Part shown: in pieces, positions 37,700-50,267 of the stretch | Numbering within the stretch: position 1 is the stretch's first letter | Layout of the letters: every line of letters begins with the position of its first letter | Assembly (NCBI GenBank): GCA_965644295.1 | Contig: CBFFRP010000289.1 | Location: forward strand, 870-64,869 | Reading direction: 5' to 3' | DNA: 64,000 nt | From: Paraphysomonas bandaiensis | Lineage: Eukaryota; Protista; Chrysophyceae | Position numbers and translations under genes: made by a program | Notes under the pieces: generated by a model | Told to the model about the DNA's origin: nothing | The model's database searches: none | Seen by the model: the letters and a program-made list of their open reading frames with translations, nothing else

Positions 37700-38130
37700 T
37701 CGACAGTGTTTTACTCAAAATAAAAGTTGGACCATCTAACAAATTGACACATGCGGCGGTGTACACGTACTTTTTTTGGCTCGTTGTTGTTTAAATATTG
37801 TGTCATTTGTTAGATATATAAAAATAGGAAAGTCAATAGGGCAAGTAACATCTATGCCGTGCAATCTTAAGTTCACATGAACATTTTATTTGTCAGACAG
37901 AACTCGAAATAAGAGTTGAACATCTACCAAATTGACACAAACATGCGGCAATGTACACATGTACACGTACTCCTTTTAGTGCAAGTCTTTTAATAGAAGT
38001 CAATTGCGCAAGTAACATTCATTCTGCTCCATACAATCTTTGCATCCGACCTTGTTTTTCTCGAAATAAAAGTTGAAACATTTAACAAATTGACACAAAC
38101 ATATGGTGGTGTACATATGTTTTTTTTATG
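37700..38130. repeat. Three degenerate direct repeats (period about 160-190 bp)
   Basis: AAATAARAGTTGRA..CAAATTGACACA..GTGTACAC recurs at about 37718, 37906 and 38063. Confidence 0.6.
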
Positions 38131-38343
38131 TTTCGTTGTCCCATAAGCAGTGCAAGTGGAATTGAATTCGATACTGCCTGTTTTATGTTTTACCAAAACT
38201 ATCTAACATATTGGCACGAACATGCATCATATAGAATCAATTTGTCATGAGGATGAATTCAATAGAGAATAGAATATGTGTATATACTGGTATGCGACGG
38301 AGAAGGGGAATCATTTTTGGCATATAAAATAGGTGTCTGATTT

Positions 38344-38940
38344 CTACTTTATTAATAGTACTTCGGCAAAAACAGCAATTTGATTAGCCCGATTACGCTT
38401 TAATAATTTTTCTTGTAGGTTTAAACATTCTGTAGAAAATTTCAATCCGCGATAGGCTTCATTAAGTAACCTTCCAGTGGTATCAAATTTCAAATCGGAT
38501 TGATACATTTCTTCGTCATTTCTACAACCAAATCCACGCTTTGTATTTTCAAGGTAGCCCAACATACTCAAAATGGTGAGCTCTTCTTCTTCGTCATATA
38601 TGGTAGAAAGTTTAAGTTCCCAATCTCGAGCATCATTCATAGCGGACGTATATCCAGCTCTAATGATGTCACTATCCTTGGTATCATAGCATTCATCTAA
38701 TGACCGTTTGCTGTGTGAACCTCTGAAATTCAAAACGTTTGAAGACTCCCTGAGCACCGTTGAAGAAGTGAGCTTCGATTCCGCTTCCAATGTGGATAAG
38801 GTCGCCATTGGCTTCATTTCTGGTCGTTTGGTCTTTTTTCCACACTGAATATTGGGTTCTATACCATCCTCTATTGAGCAATCTCTGGGATAAGGACCGA
38901 TACACTCTTTGTCTCGGGCATGCATTTGTCTACAATACAC
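38344..38940 (-). CDS. Hypothetical ORF (198 aa), possibly transposon-derived
   Basis: Open frame next to the degenerate repeats; no recognised domain. Confidence 0.3.
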   Translation of the reverse strand: MYCRQMHARDKECIGPYPRDCSIEDGIEPNIQCGKKTKRPEMKPMATLSTLEAESKLTSSTVLRESSNVLNFRGSHSKRSLDECYDTKDSDIIRAGYTSAMNDARDWELKLSTIYDEEEELTILSMLGYLENTKRGFGCRNDEEMYQSDLKFDTTGRLLNEAYRGLKFSTECLNLQEKLLKRNRANQIAVFAEVLLIK

Positions 38941-39064
38941 GGTATTGACATCGTATTAGCAAATATAAGAATGCATAATGCATTGTAACCATATTACTTG
39001 AGCTTACCACATTTCGTAGTAAGAAACATTGTTCCCCCTATGTCTAGATGTCGTAGGTCACACA

Positions 39065-39066
39065 TG

Positions 39067-39098
<32 letters not shown>

Positions 39099-39545
39099 TG
39101 TATGTATGTATGTATGTATGTATGTATGTATGTATGTATGTATGTATGTATGTATGTATGTATGTATGTATGTATGTATGTATGTATGTATGTATGTATG
39201 TATGTATGTATGTATGTATGTATGTATGTATGTATGTATGTATGTATGTATGTATGTATGTATGTATGTACTGTATGTATGTATGTATGTATGTATGTAT
39301 GTATGTATGTATGTATGTATGTATGTATGTATGTATGTATGTATGTATGTATGTATGTATGTATGTATGTATGTATGTATGTATGTATGTATGTATGTAT
39401 GTATGTATGTATGTATGTATGTATGTATGTATGTATGTATGTATGTATGTATGTATGTATGTATGTATGTATGTATGTATGTATGTATGTATGTATGTAT
39501 GTATGTATGTATGTATGTATGTATGTATGTATGTATGTATGTATG
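39065..39545. repeat. (TATG)n microsatellite, about 480 bp
   Basis: Near-perfect array with one interruption at about 39271. Confidence 0.98.
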
Positions 39546-39637
39546 TTGTTCGTAGGAGGAATATAGCTACTAGTGGACCACCCAACACAATAACCCAATC
39601 GAATTTTAGAAGTTGCAATCGAACTCATTCATTAGAA

Positions 39638-40809
39638 ATGGTACTAACGGAAGTGCTTTCAGAAGAAGACTTCAGCACACTCCAGCGGAGTAATGGCCCT
39701 GTCGTTTTATTCTTTTTTGCAGAGTGGCATGAGCCCAGCAAGAGAGGAGGTCAAATGCACCAGGTGCGAATTATAGAATATATTATATTTCATACGTAAT
39801 AGTTTTTACAGGTTCTTAGCGCTTTGGCTCTGAAGTACCAATCTATTAAATTTGCGATGCAAGAAGCGGAGAGCATTCCTGCAATAAGCGAACGCTTAGG
39901 TGCCCAACTTGTAATTCTGAGAGTGTGATGTTTAAATGACTCATGGTACAGGTGTATCAGTTGTTCCAACCTTTGTATGTCTTAATAACGAGAAGATAGT
40001 GTGGAAGTTGGAAGGTGTGAACCCAACAGAGTTGGCGAAACTCGTGAAACATGTCGCTGAGAATCCATCAGAGGTCTACGCTCATGCAAGGGTTCACTTT
40101 TAAACTGATAACGTATTTAAAGGTATCATCGGGAAAGGTTATCCCCTCTGCTGAACGGGACGGAAAAGCGAGTGAAGCCGAATTGAAATCCTTGGTGTCG
40201 TCCGCACAGGTTATGCTGTTTATGAAGGGGTCCCCGGACGCACCGCGCTGCGGATTCAGTAGAAAGGCCGTTGAGCTCTTGCGCAGCCAGAATATTCAGT
40301 TTGCATCCTTTGATATCCTGACCAATGAAAACGTACGGCAGGGCCTTAAAACTCTGTTTGATTGGCCGACATACCCACAGCTCTATGTACGCGGGGAGTT
40401 GATCGGCGGTATTGACATCCTGACAGAGATGGCTTCAGAGGGCAACCTTAAGAGCGAATTAGGAATTACTGACCAGCCCACACTACCAGTCCCATCTCCG
40501 AAGAAACCTTTAAACGACCGTCTTCGTGAGCTTATCAACCAGGCTCCAGTGATGGTGTTTATGAAAGGAAGTCCCGATTCCCCACGATGCGGCTTCAGCA
40601 GAGAGGTCGTTAGCCTTTTGAGAGAAGATGGTATTGAATTCCACCACTTTGATATACTGGGGGACGAAGATGTGAGACAAGGCCTTAAAGTGTTCTCGGA
40701 CTGGCCCACTTACCCCCAGGTGTATTTCCAGGGAGCACTTATCGGTGGTCTTGATATATTGCGAGACATGAAAGAAGAAGAGCCCCTTCGGAAACATTTT
40801 CAAGTTTAA
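39638..40809 (+). CDS. GLRX3: Multidomain monothiol glutaredoxin (Trx-like + 2 Grx CGFS; GRX3/PICOT)
   Basis: Trx-like exons (FFAEWHEPS, VSVVPTF); two FMKGSPD.PRCGFS...WPTYPQ domains; three short introns. Confidence 0.92.
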
Positions 40810-41342
40810 GCCTTATAATTTATATCAAATCTGCTTCAAAATTATAATCTGAATGGTCATCTTGATTTGAATTCTTGCGGTGACAGTAGGCAATATTCCA
40901 TGCAACGTTTTTAGTATGTCAGATTGAATCAATATTACACCACGTTCTTCTAGTTCATGCCAATATATTACATATTACTATTTCCAATACAACGATGCCC
41001 TATAGTTGAGGGTAAAAGCTTGTATTACCACAAAAAATAACAGCAGACCTGGGTTATTTGTTCTACTTCCCATAGGCTTTTGTCAATATTCAATATAAAA
41101 TATAATAATCATCAGTAATTGCTAATTATATCTATATGAAATAATTTTTGTTTAATACATCGGGTATAATGATAACATGAAAACATATCGAACGCATACA
41201 TATGCTTTCTTACAGGTAGCTTTTAGTGAAATAAATTGCTATCAACGAATATAACAAAAAACGAAACGAAATAGGCAAGACCACAGAATGAAAAGAATAC
41301 ACGATTGTAACAGCTTGACACGAAGAGCTGATAAATAACCCG

Positions 41343-42068
41343 TCACGTGGTCGTCATGAATTCAGACGAGCTGCAGAAGCAATATTGCGTGTATGCGCGA
41401 ACGGTATTACGTGTATGGTAGCACACTGCACACTGATATCTCTGCAGAGCATCAGGTGGCTGCTCCATAAGAAGATACGAATAACCTTTGACATGCATGG
41501 GTCCGAATCTTCTCTCGAACACTGCTGCACCAATAGCTAACCTGTTACTCCGGTGAGCACATACACTTAACACCGTCCCGTTAACCGTATTGACCATACT
41601 TTCTGACTTCGACAAGTACTCACACACAGAGGAAGAGCTATTAAGTGAATCATACATAGATGACGAACCTTCTGTGAACATATCTTCCTCACTAACAGTG
41701 TCGATGTCCTGCACTAAATCCCATTCTGCAAAACCTGGTTGGTACATCGCACGGATAGTGGAGTACACATCGCATTCATAAAACTTCAACGCGGAAACAG
41801 CTTCATATTGTGCATCAGTTTTGAATTCCCGTAGTTCAGAGCCTGACCACCAAACATCTCGCCCAGCGCCGCAGGAAATGTACTCCACCCTAGTAGGGAC
41901 CAATACTACCTGAACCATCTCCGAAAACGAAACGCACCCAGGTCTTTTCTTTACACTGTATCCAGGCGTCGATGGTAAATTTGGGAATTTAACGTCAGAT
42001 TCTGAGCGGAGCTCCTCCGATGTGGTGTAACCAAAGTTGCTGCCATTTTCAGCATCTGTTACAGACAT
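41343..42068 (-). CDS. Hypothetical protein with VSF-type motif (VSFSEMVQVVLVP...VWWSGSELREFK)
   Basis: The open frame runs to 42257; ATG at 42068 is the likely start. The motif resembles an RVxF-like module. Confidence 0.55.
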   Translation of the reverse strand: MSVTDAENGSNFGYTTSEELRSESDVKFPNLPSTPGYSVKKRPGCVSFSEMVQVVLVPTRVEYISCGAGRDVWWSGSELREFKTDAQYEAVSALKFYECDVYSTIRAMYQPGFAEWDLVQDIDTVSEEDMFTEGSSSMYDSLNSSSSVCEYLSKSESMVNTVNGTVLSVCAHRSNRLAIGAAVFERRFGPMHVKGYSYLLMEQPPDALQRYQCAVCYHTRNTVRAYTQYCFCSSSEFMTTT

Positions 42069-42494
42069 AGAACATAGCGATGTTATATGGTCTCGCAAAA
42101 GCGTCGAATTTGAAGTGAATTCACATCTTGATGTAGGCTTCTTTATTAGAGGCCACTGAACTCGCCTCCATGACTGCTTTCTGGTGTAAAACGAGTTGCC
42201 GGAGGGCATGACAGCTGTGTAATCTTTCTGCTTTCTGGTTATGAGATAATCTCTCAATCATTTCCAGCTATTAGAACACTACCTGATCTACAATGTAGTA
42301 CGTCAGGATACCCTTAAGAAACATGTGTTTGAGCTGAGATGTCTGTTCAGAGTTGAGGTGTGGGGGGGTGAACGAGTTCTAATTCCTACGTTCGTAGTAC
42401 GTACTTACAGCTCCACTTTATCGTAGTACGTACGTACGAAACTGTATTGAATGAAACCTTCTTCCGGACTTCATGATCATGACATGATAGTTAG

Positions 42495-42579
42495 TAACCC
42501 TAACCCTATTCTGCCAGAGGCTGCAAATGTGCAAGATGCAACAACTGAATTTCGAATTCTAGAATTGGGGTTAGGGTTA
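42495..42579. repeat. Interstitial inverted telomeric repeats around a short spacer
   Basis: TAACCCTAACCCTATTCT ... AGAATTGGGGTTAGGGTTA. Confidence 0.7.
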
Positions 42580-42883
42580 TGTGATGCAGTCCCGCGTCAG
42601 GTCAGTAGGAATAGTATCGAGTGTCAATGTTACGACCCGTGAGAAAAATGAGCCAGTCGATGAACTGGCACCACTCTAAAACCCATCAAGAAAGTAAACC
42701 CGTCAATTTATCCAGCCCGTGTTTTTTTTTCACCCACATACCATTGTAAGATATAGCTGATTATTATCGCTCAATGCAACAGCATGATACTAATATATGT
42801 TCAATATGTACCATTGTATCAACGACGGTTGATATTGTATCATCAGGGAGCACTGTCTCTACACAAACTATTGTTCTATCTGA

Positions 42884-43388
42884 ATGCGTAGAGGTTTATC
42901 TAAAGAGCAGTTCCAAAAGAACAGCAGGCACCACTCCAGAATAAAATCTACTACTCGCATGCTGCTGTTTGGACAACATCCTAGAAGAGGTCTTAGTGAT
43001 CTACTCATAGCAAAACCCCAAACAGAAGAGGATTTAGAAGATCTTGTAGCTAAGATACGTATGATTAATGTTATCGAGGATCATGAATCAGAGGAATGTA
43101 AAGGTGGGTAGTGTTGTTTTAACTAAACCACATCAAGTTGATGCGATTAGATTTCCCAGCTGATTTCTCTGTAAATGTAGTTGGAAGGGCAAGTGCAGTA
43201 CTAATAAATGTGTATGCAAGAAGAATGGATTTCTCTGTAACTAGGGGGCACAAATGCAATTTGCTTGCGTGCTGTAACAAGTAGTTTGTGTCATAGTAAA
43301 CTACTACTTAACCGAGTATAGATAAAATCTTAACAAGTATGAGATACCAGAGTCTCTACCTCTGGCTCTGCTAAACCAAATACCAACA
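42884..43388 (+). mobile_element. Old Copia 3' remnant of a second family with a canonical TGTTG...CAACA LTR (43112-43388)
   Basis: SDLLIAKPQTEEDLEDLVAKIRMI resembles the RNase H end ADLLTKPL. Purine-rich AAAGGTGGGTAG precedes TGTTG; CCAACA lies 277 bp later. Confidence 0.45.
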
Positions 43389-43456
43389 GCACTATCTTGT
43401 TCTTCACTAGCTGTGACTGATGAGGGGTCATATCCCTCAAGCATTATCTTCAAGGT

Positions 43457-43723
43457 AATAAAAGAATTGATCTTAGTAATAGTATAGCAATGTTGTGATT
43501 ATTAGAGTGTAAGTAATGAACACGATAGAGTGAAAATTATGAATAACAATATAAAACATAACTATCATGCACAACGGAATGGTTAGAAGTGTAACTGATA
43601 ATGACGGCGTTATGATGATGATCATGTATCTTCAACAGATACTCTCTCTAACTCAGTTCATGATATATTTCATTGAACATTACTACTCACAGATACTATC
43701 TTGTTTTAAGCTGACTCCTAATA
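43457..43723 (-). mobile_element. Solo TATT-LTR with 5-bp TSD AAGGT
   Basis: Reverse-complement homolog of 7900-8164; AAGGT at 43452-43456 and 43724-43728. Confidence 0.92.
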
Positions 43724-45131
43724 AAGGTCCTTCTTACTTATTAGAATATGATCTTATTCGAGTATATTCAGTATGTCACTTGAATGTACAGTGAAATATA
43801 GTGATGTACAAATGCTGATGATGATATTGAGAAACTGAAATGGTTTGATCTTCCAAGATATGTTTAGTAACGAGAGGTTCACATATGTAGGAGATTATGC
43901 ATGAAACAAAATGAGTTTGTGTTGTTTATCACAACTTCGTGTAGTTTACTAATAAATGTACAAGGGAAGGTACATTCAGCATTCATTGTAGTTGATGCTG
44001 GACCAACTAATGTCCCCGAGGGACACAGCACTCTGCAGTTGATGATGTAGTACAGCCTATAAGGAGTATCCGCTGTCATCATATATGTAATGAATATAGA
44101 GCATCATCTGTACAGTAGTACTACATTAATTAATATCATCAGTATATCAGTTATAAGTAATTTAGTCACTATTTACCTTGATATCGTGTCCACTGTATGG
44201 GGAAGTGGACCAACTAAAGTTTGGCCACGCAGTGGAACGAGGCTCCTACACAAACTCCATCCAATCCGCACCCATAACTCCCCTAAACACTACATCTCTT
44301 TCCCAGACCGCATACGCGAAACGGTATACGTCTAGGACAAATCCTATGCAATGGGAAGAAATCGAGCCAAAGGCAAAACCGGGCATGACTTGACAACAGC
44401 TGCCACATGCACAGGCTGTGCTCACCCAACAGAGAATATGGCAAACCAAGTTAGTAAGACTATAGATATATACATAGATTCTAGTCACAACCGTTCCCAT
44501 GTCATAATCAGATACTCTTCTATGTCATATTCATGCTCTCATGAAGAAGGAAGTAGCACTGAAGAGGGATACAGATATCTAACTTGATACTGAAGGCTGG
44601 TATGCTGGAATAGCATCTTGTGGGCTAATAATCAGGAGCGCTTATGATACTGTAATAGTTATGAGATGCTATCTGCGCATATCACACGCGAGTGGACTTC
44701 CTGTATACTTGCCTGTATTTTCTGTATATCGTTTCCTATTCACCACACATATATATTGTATATATCTGGTATACCGGTATACTGGTATACCATATACTCT
44801 GAGTGCACATTCAACTGCTTGTACTTAGCCGTAGTTTCGCCGTAGTTTGCCCGTATTCTTCTGTTTGCCGATCTTGTGCTGGTGATGATATTGATAAACT
44901 AAACCGTCTCTTATCATATAATTCACGCATGACAAGACATACATACATGAACAACACCATTTTTATAATCGCAAATACCTGAGACTAATAACTAGGTACA
45001 GGAATAGTACTACGTACATTGGTTAATGTAGCCTGTGTCCGCGCTGTGAATATTCTGGTCGTAATTACCCGGTCTTGTATTTTATCGTTAGTAATCTGCG
45101 CGTATATATTTCGGATTTCTATATTTGCCAG

Positions 45132-46775
45132 ATGTCTGATTCGTTTGATAGATACGCATTTGGTTTACACAAAGGTGATACTGGATATGAACGCCCGATC
45201 CCACTCGAGAAGAAATCGTCATCAGGATCTATAAATTTGAGTAAATCCGACATGGCTATGGATCGTTCCGACAGGATGTCTTTCCACAGCCTCGAGAAAA
45301 AGGGTTCTTCTGGGTCGTTCAGTAATAGGCGGGAGTTCAGGAAAATGGATTCAACTTCCTCCAATGCCAGCGATGCTTTAGATTTCCTGGCGGATATGTG
45401 TGTTGAAATTGATGACATAGAAATGACTCTATCTGCCTCACCTGAACTCCCTTCAGGTGTTCAGAACAAACAGGGACTTCCACCTAATCCACTGAATGGT
45501 AGAGGTGACAGTCCTAAACTGCGAAAAGATGGCTCTTTTTCGCGGAGGGGTTCGAGCGGAGCGGTGCCAATCCACTCATTGTCCTCTACGCCTGCCCCTG
45601 CCATTCAACCCATCCCCTTGAAGTTGATTCACCTTGGCGAAAAGAATGTGCATATTATTCCTACCAACCCTGATGACACAGAAGCCCTATTGGCTGCATG
45701 CAAGGGTCTTAGCAAAGACGAAGGTGCTGGTCGAGCGCTCACTATAACGCTTGAGGAGGGAGATTCTGCGCAACTGGCCTCTCTGGTCATCAGTCAGCAG
45801 GCCCTTGCTCAGCGCCCGTCCCCCATAAAGCTGATCAATCCGAAGCATATATATAAGACATCGTGCGATACGTACCGTGTGCAAATGAGTAAAGGCTCAA
45901 AAACTAATCCCAATGGCAAGTTTAGTCGGAATGCCCGCACTGAAACTGATGCCCTGTGGCTATGTGAGTTTGCCCTAATCCTTATCGATCGACCAAACGG
46001 TTTTGAGGACATACTAAATAATGGAAACTATAAGTGTATGTTGCAACGGGGAATTGTGAGATCCCCCGAGGACTTTGCAAACAAACTAGGGGAACATCTC
46101 TTTGATCTCGGAAGCAGAGACTTATTGAAGAATCATGAGGTAGAGCGACTGCATGTTCTTCTACAAAAGCATATCCCTCAGTACCAGTACGACACCATTC
46201 CACAGGATGCACTCGGCATAATCCAGCCCCGACTTCCACACTCCGATATGAATTTTTCAGGCCTAGGAACACATGTAAAGAGAGAGTTACAATCACAGCC
46301 GTCTTTCCTGCACGACCTCCATCAGCAGATGCAGATGCAGACAGCTGCCATCCAACAGCACCAGCAAGGCACTATTCAAGGACTCTCACAAGGAAATCAG
46401 CAACCATACAATCAGCAGGATACGTCGTCCTCTAACAACTTTATTGGTAAGGCCAGAGGATCACTAAATGGTATTGGTTCTCTACTCACAGGTCCCTGGG
46501 GAAGTTTCTCTGACCGAGAGCGTAAGAAACGACGCCGAGTTCCCAGTCAGCCTACTACACTCGCTGTGCCACAAGGGCGACAGTACTCACAGCAGCACCA
46601 GCAAAATTCGCCTCATGATATCCCTCAGCAGCAGCAATATCACCAGCAGGGCATGCAGTACCCAGATATTGCGACTCTGACCTCGCAGTTTGTTAAAAAT
46701 CGGTCTGAGTCACGTACCATATCCTACCCTGAACAATCCACACCATCTGATATCCGAGGAAATGCTGATATATAA
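45132..46775 (+). CDS. Putative transcription factor (divergent AP2-like domain, Q-rich region, basic NLS)
   Basis: Intronless ORF of about 547 aa with KHIYKTSCDTYRVQM...KFSRNARTETDALWLCEFALI, RKKRRR and a glutamine-rich C-terminus. Confidence 0.7.
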   Translation: MSDSFDRYAFGLHKGDTGYERPIPLEKKSSSGSINLSKSDMAMDRSDRMSFHSLEKKGSSGSFSNRREFRKMDSTSSNASDALDFLADMCVEIDDIEMTLSASPELPSGVQNKQGLPPNPLNGRGDSPKLRKDGSFSRRGSSGAVPIHSLSSTPAPAIQPIPLKLIHLGEKNVHIIPTNPDDTEALLAACKGLSKDEGAGRALTITLEEGDSAQLASLVISQQALAQRPSPIKLINPKHIYKTSCDTYRVQMSKGSKTNPNGKFSRNARTETDALWLCEFALILIDRPNGFEDILNNGNYKCMLQRGIVRSPEDFANKLGEHLFDLGSRDLLKNHEVERLHVLLQKHIPQYQYDTIPQDALGIIQPRLPHSDMNFSGLGTHVKRELQSQPSFLHDLHQQMQMQTAAIQQHQQGTIQGLSQGNQQPYNQQDTSSSNNFIGKARGSLNGIGSLLTGPWGSFSDRERKKRRRVPSQPTTLAVPQGRQYSQQHQQNSPHDIPQQQQYHQQGMQYPDIATLTSQFVKNRSESRTISYPEQSTPSDIRGNADI

Positions 46776-47030
46776 ACTGCATATTGTGTATTGTGCATGC
46801 ATCAAGTCCTGTAGATCAGCACATCAATTCTGTTTATGATATACGCACGAATCAATTCATGATAAGATCAAAGTAGCAACGGTGAATTACAAATTGAGGC
46901 GTTAACTAGTGGTGCAATTATATTTAGTATTTAGAATTTACTGCGAATTACTTCGAGTATATAATAGTGTGAAGTAATTAAGCCATTTACTCGTGAAACA
47001 GTTTGTTATTTTATTCATTATCACCTGGTA

Positions 47031-47108
47031 CAGGGCCTGATAACCATTAATGGTAATGCCACTATAATTGCCGGGAACTGGACTACCATTAATGGTTATC
47101 AGGCCCTG
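47031..47108. mobile_element. 78-bp hAT-type MITE
   Basis: Perfect 25-bp TIRs CAGGGCCTGATAACCATTAATGGTA; 8-bp TSD ACCTGGTA/GCCTGGTA (7/8 match). Confidence 0.85.
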
Positions 47109-48547
47109 GCCTGGTATATATATCAATAGCATACCCAAAAGAACATAATGTAAGAGTACGGTGCGCTGGATTGACGTCGTCCTAAACGGTAAGGCATTGT
47201 ACAAAAAGAAATTTACGCGTTGTTGTAGACTAGAAAAGTACGACTTGTGGTGCTTCCACTCACACAAATATAGCCACCTATATTTATTTATAACCAACTC
47301 TATTTTACCCATTTTGAGCCCATTTATTGTGTTGAAAGTTTTGGTCTACTATATTCTCCTGGACTTTTTTCGTTGTTTTGAATTTAGTGATAAGTGAGTC
47401 AGTGTACGACGTAAATTTATCTTTATGTATAAGCAATCCTTATACGCTGATATACCCACATAAATAATTTCCTTTTTGACATAAAAAGTTTAATGTCCCC
47501 ATTTTATAGACCTCAACTCTGTTCTATTCTGTTTATTAATAGATTGATTAGTGAGCCACTGATTCATATTTAAGTGTTTATTTCACTCTCGCAGTATTAA
47601 ACGTTGTGACTTCTGAATAACACTTGCATAGTTTATGTCTAAATGAGTAAAACTTTATTTCAAAAATAGTAGAGTGCCGATAACCCTGCTCCCTTGCAAC
47701 TGTAATAATACACTTTTTAAATAGTGTAATTTATGCACTGTAGAGTGTAGAATACAGTTGTAATTGAGGGTTAACATTCCAATGACTGCGATGATTCATC
47801 TGACGCCGTTTTGTAAACTATAGTACATCAACACAGTTCTATGTCATCTCTCTTTTCCTGAAAAACAGTCGTGGGGGAAAATATCCCGCAGTATTCTTTA
47901 GTTACAGGATTACACAGAACAATATTTTCTCTTGGTCTGGCAACTACTCAGAGATAACACATCCTCAATGAGTGCCTGAATCTTGTGACACTTTTATGAG
48001 CACAAACTTAACAAACTATGAACAGAACACAATTGCTATGAAACGTTTGTGGAGATTGAATCACCTCAACCGCGAGATAGATCATCAAGAGTCGAAGTGA
48101 AGTATACATCAAGAGATGGGCGGTCAGTTGAAGAAATATGTGAAAGTGAGAGTTTTTACTTACCACTAGTTTTACCTATTTTTGGATGGTACATCATGTT
48201 TTTTTGGGAACATTACTATTCTAAGATTACGCTTGGTAAGCACTTCTACGTATTTTTAACGTATGCATAAATGATTTGTTTAGTGTCACGCAAGTTGCTA
48301 TATTATAATATTGTCATAAAAAAGTTATTATAATGAAGAAAAACCTTCAAGCTTCAACATTCTCATGTAGAAATCGCTTGCCTTTAGGGTGTAGTCTATG
48401 GAAGTTCTACTTGCATGAAAATTAAATTTAATATATATCATGATGTTTTATTCATATTATATTTACTTGCTACTGTTAGTTTTTTAACCACACTTACAAG
48501 AAGTGGTTATATTTTTGTTCAATAATTGAATTAAATTTATTGTTATA

Positions 48548-48735
48548 TTGAAAGTCTTATTATTTAGCAATAGGCGTTAAAAACCTGCACCAATATAGTG
48601 GCTAGTTGAATGCTAGACATACTAGTTAGACCGCTACCCATAACTAATCAGCATAAATTCTATTATCCTACTATTTAGCGCTACAGAAGCTGCTTGTGCG
48701 TCGCTGCAAGCACCAAGGGGTGGCCACTTCCGTTC
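48548..48735 (-). mobile_element. Family R short copy
   Basis: Highly similar to 16595-16783 with the same end points. Confidence 0.75.
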
Positions 48736-50267
48736 TTAATGTTGAGTGTGAGTTTCGCCATGATCGTGTGTCCTTGGACTCACTGGCGCGTGTTGTCAGG
48801 GGAATGGTATTGTCAAATAGAGTGTGATTGTATGCACATATAAATTACCAGAAATGCTCTAAACCTTTGAGTTCCATAATGTTGACTTCCTTGTCATGCA
48901 ATTATTTAAGTCAAAAACCAGGACTTACTCAGTCATATGGGCAGAAGTATATTGATATATGATATTACCTCAGTGATTGATATGTTGGAAGTTTCTTGCA
49001 TCTCTTACTGTCAGAAAACAGCACAAAATCTCCTATGTTGTAAATGAGGTGTTCAGGACCTATATCTTGGGCAATAGTTCAGGTGTAACAAACATAAAAA
49101 ATGTGCTCAGGGGTGGTGGTCTTCGCAGCTGAATCAGGCAAATGAAACGATCCATGTTTCAAATCAATCCACTTTCTTTGAAGTTGCCTTGACTCAGCTC
49201 TAATTCTGATATGTCATTTATCTTTTTCTGTGCGCTCTTTTGAATAAGAGTATCTCTGTTAGGAGACATCTTTTCGTATAAGAATGAGTCGAATATAATG
49301 AAGTTACCTACACATCATTTTGCACATAATGAGTTGACTAGGCTGCTGTGAGTGTTGTTCAATGCTATCATCCGAATAAGCATTCTTCATTTGAGTCGAG
49401 TTAGAATTGACTTTTATATTTTTCATTCGTATTAACAGTGTTTTTTGTGTTGTTACGGTGTTTGTTTTCGAGCGTGGTCACATATCAATATAATTATGAC
49501 AATATCATTTGGCGAACTAAACCAGGTACCACTTTACCAAGTTTTATAATCATTTCGACCTAATATCGAACTGAAATAGAAGTATGACAAACAGAAAAAA
49601 ACGCATATGATGATGTATAAGCATTACTACTTATTAAGATTGAACAAAAGCAGGTGGGCACTACACCCCTTATTTGCTACTTTACATTTCTGTAGATATT
49701 ATTCAATTTTGTTTAGCTTTTCTGCATATGGTATTCATATATATGATGATGAGGTAGTTTGTCAAATATATCTATGTTGAGTTACTGCATATCAAAATTG
49801 CTAATACACTGAAGAGATGGGGATTTCATGACATGCTCTTTCTGAAGTCGTGTCCTGCCCGTGAGACCTGTTCTCGAAGAAACCTGGCAAATTACTATTG
49901 TCCTATATTCCCTTGACTGCTTGCTTCCAGCGTCTTCCATTAAACTCGGCTCGAAAGTCATATTTCATATTTCGCATTTTGACAGCTGGCACATCCTGAA
50001 TATGAAGTACAGTTCGTAGTTTTAGTTGAAAACCCCGATATCTAGACACAGAAAAGTCAACGAACAGTCGAAAAAGTGTACCGAATCGAATGCGGAATAC
50101 GGAGAAGTGGTGTGTGTGTTTGACTGCTGTGTGCTCTGTATGAAGTTCATTTTTGGAGATAGATGTGACGTCTCACGAGCTCTGCGCGTATATCACAAGC
50201 AGGAGAATTAACAGAGGAAGCGCACTCAGCGTAATCGAGGACTGATATCTTATCGGATCTATCAGCG

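Noticed and set aside
38998-39799. Long MYVC/HTYI-repeat ORFs
   Set aside because: Translations of the (TATG)n microsatellite; the real gene starts at ATG 39638.
43415-43450. Hammerhead-like CTGATGAGGGG-TCATAT-CCCT
   Set aside because: The required GAAA is CAAG and stems I and III do not pair; at best a dead relic.
43800-44085. Possible decayed Copia RNase H on the minus strand
   Set aside because: Only scattered short resemblances (ISWSS, TKHI) across frames; not supportable without alignment.
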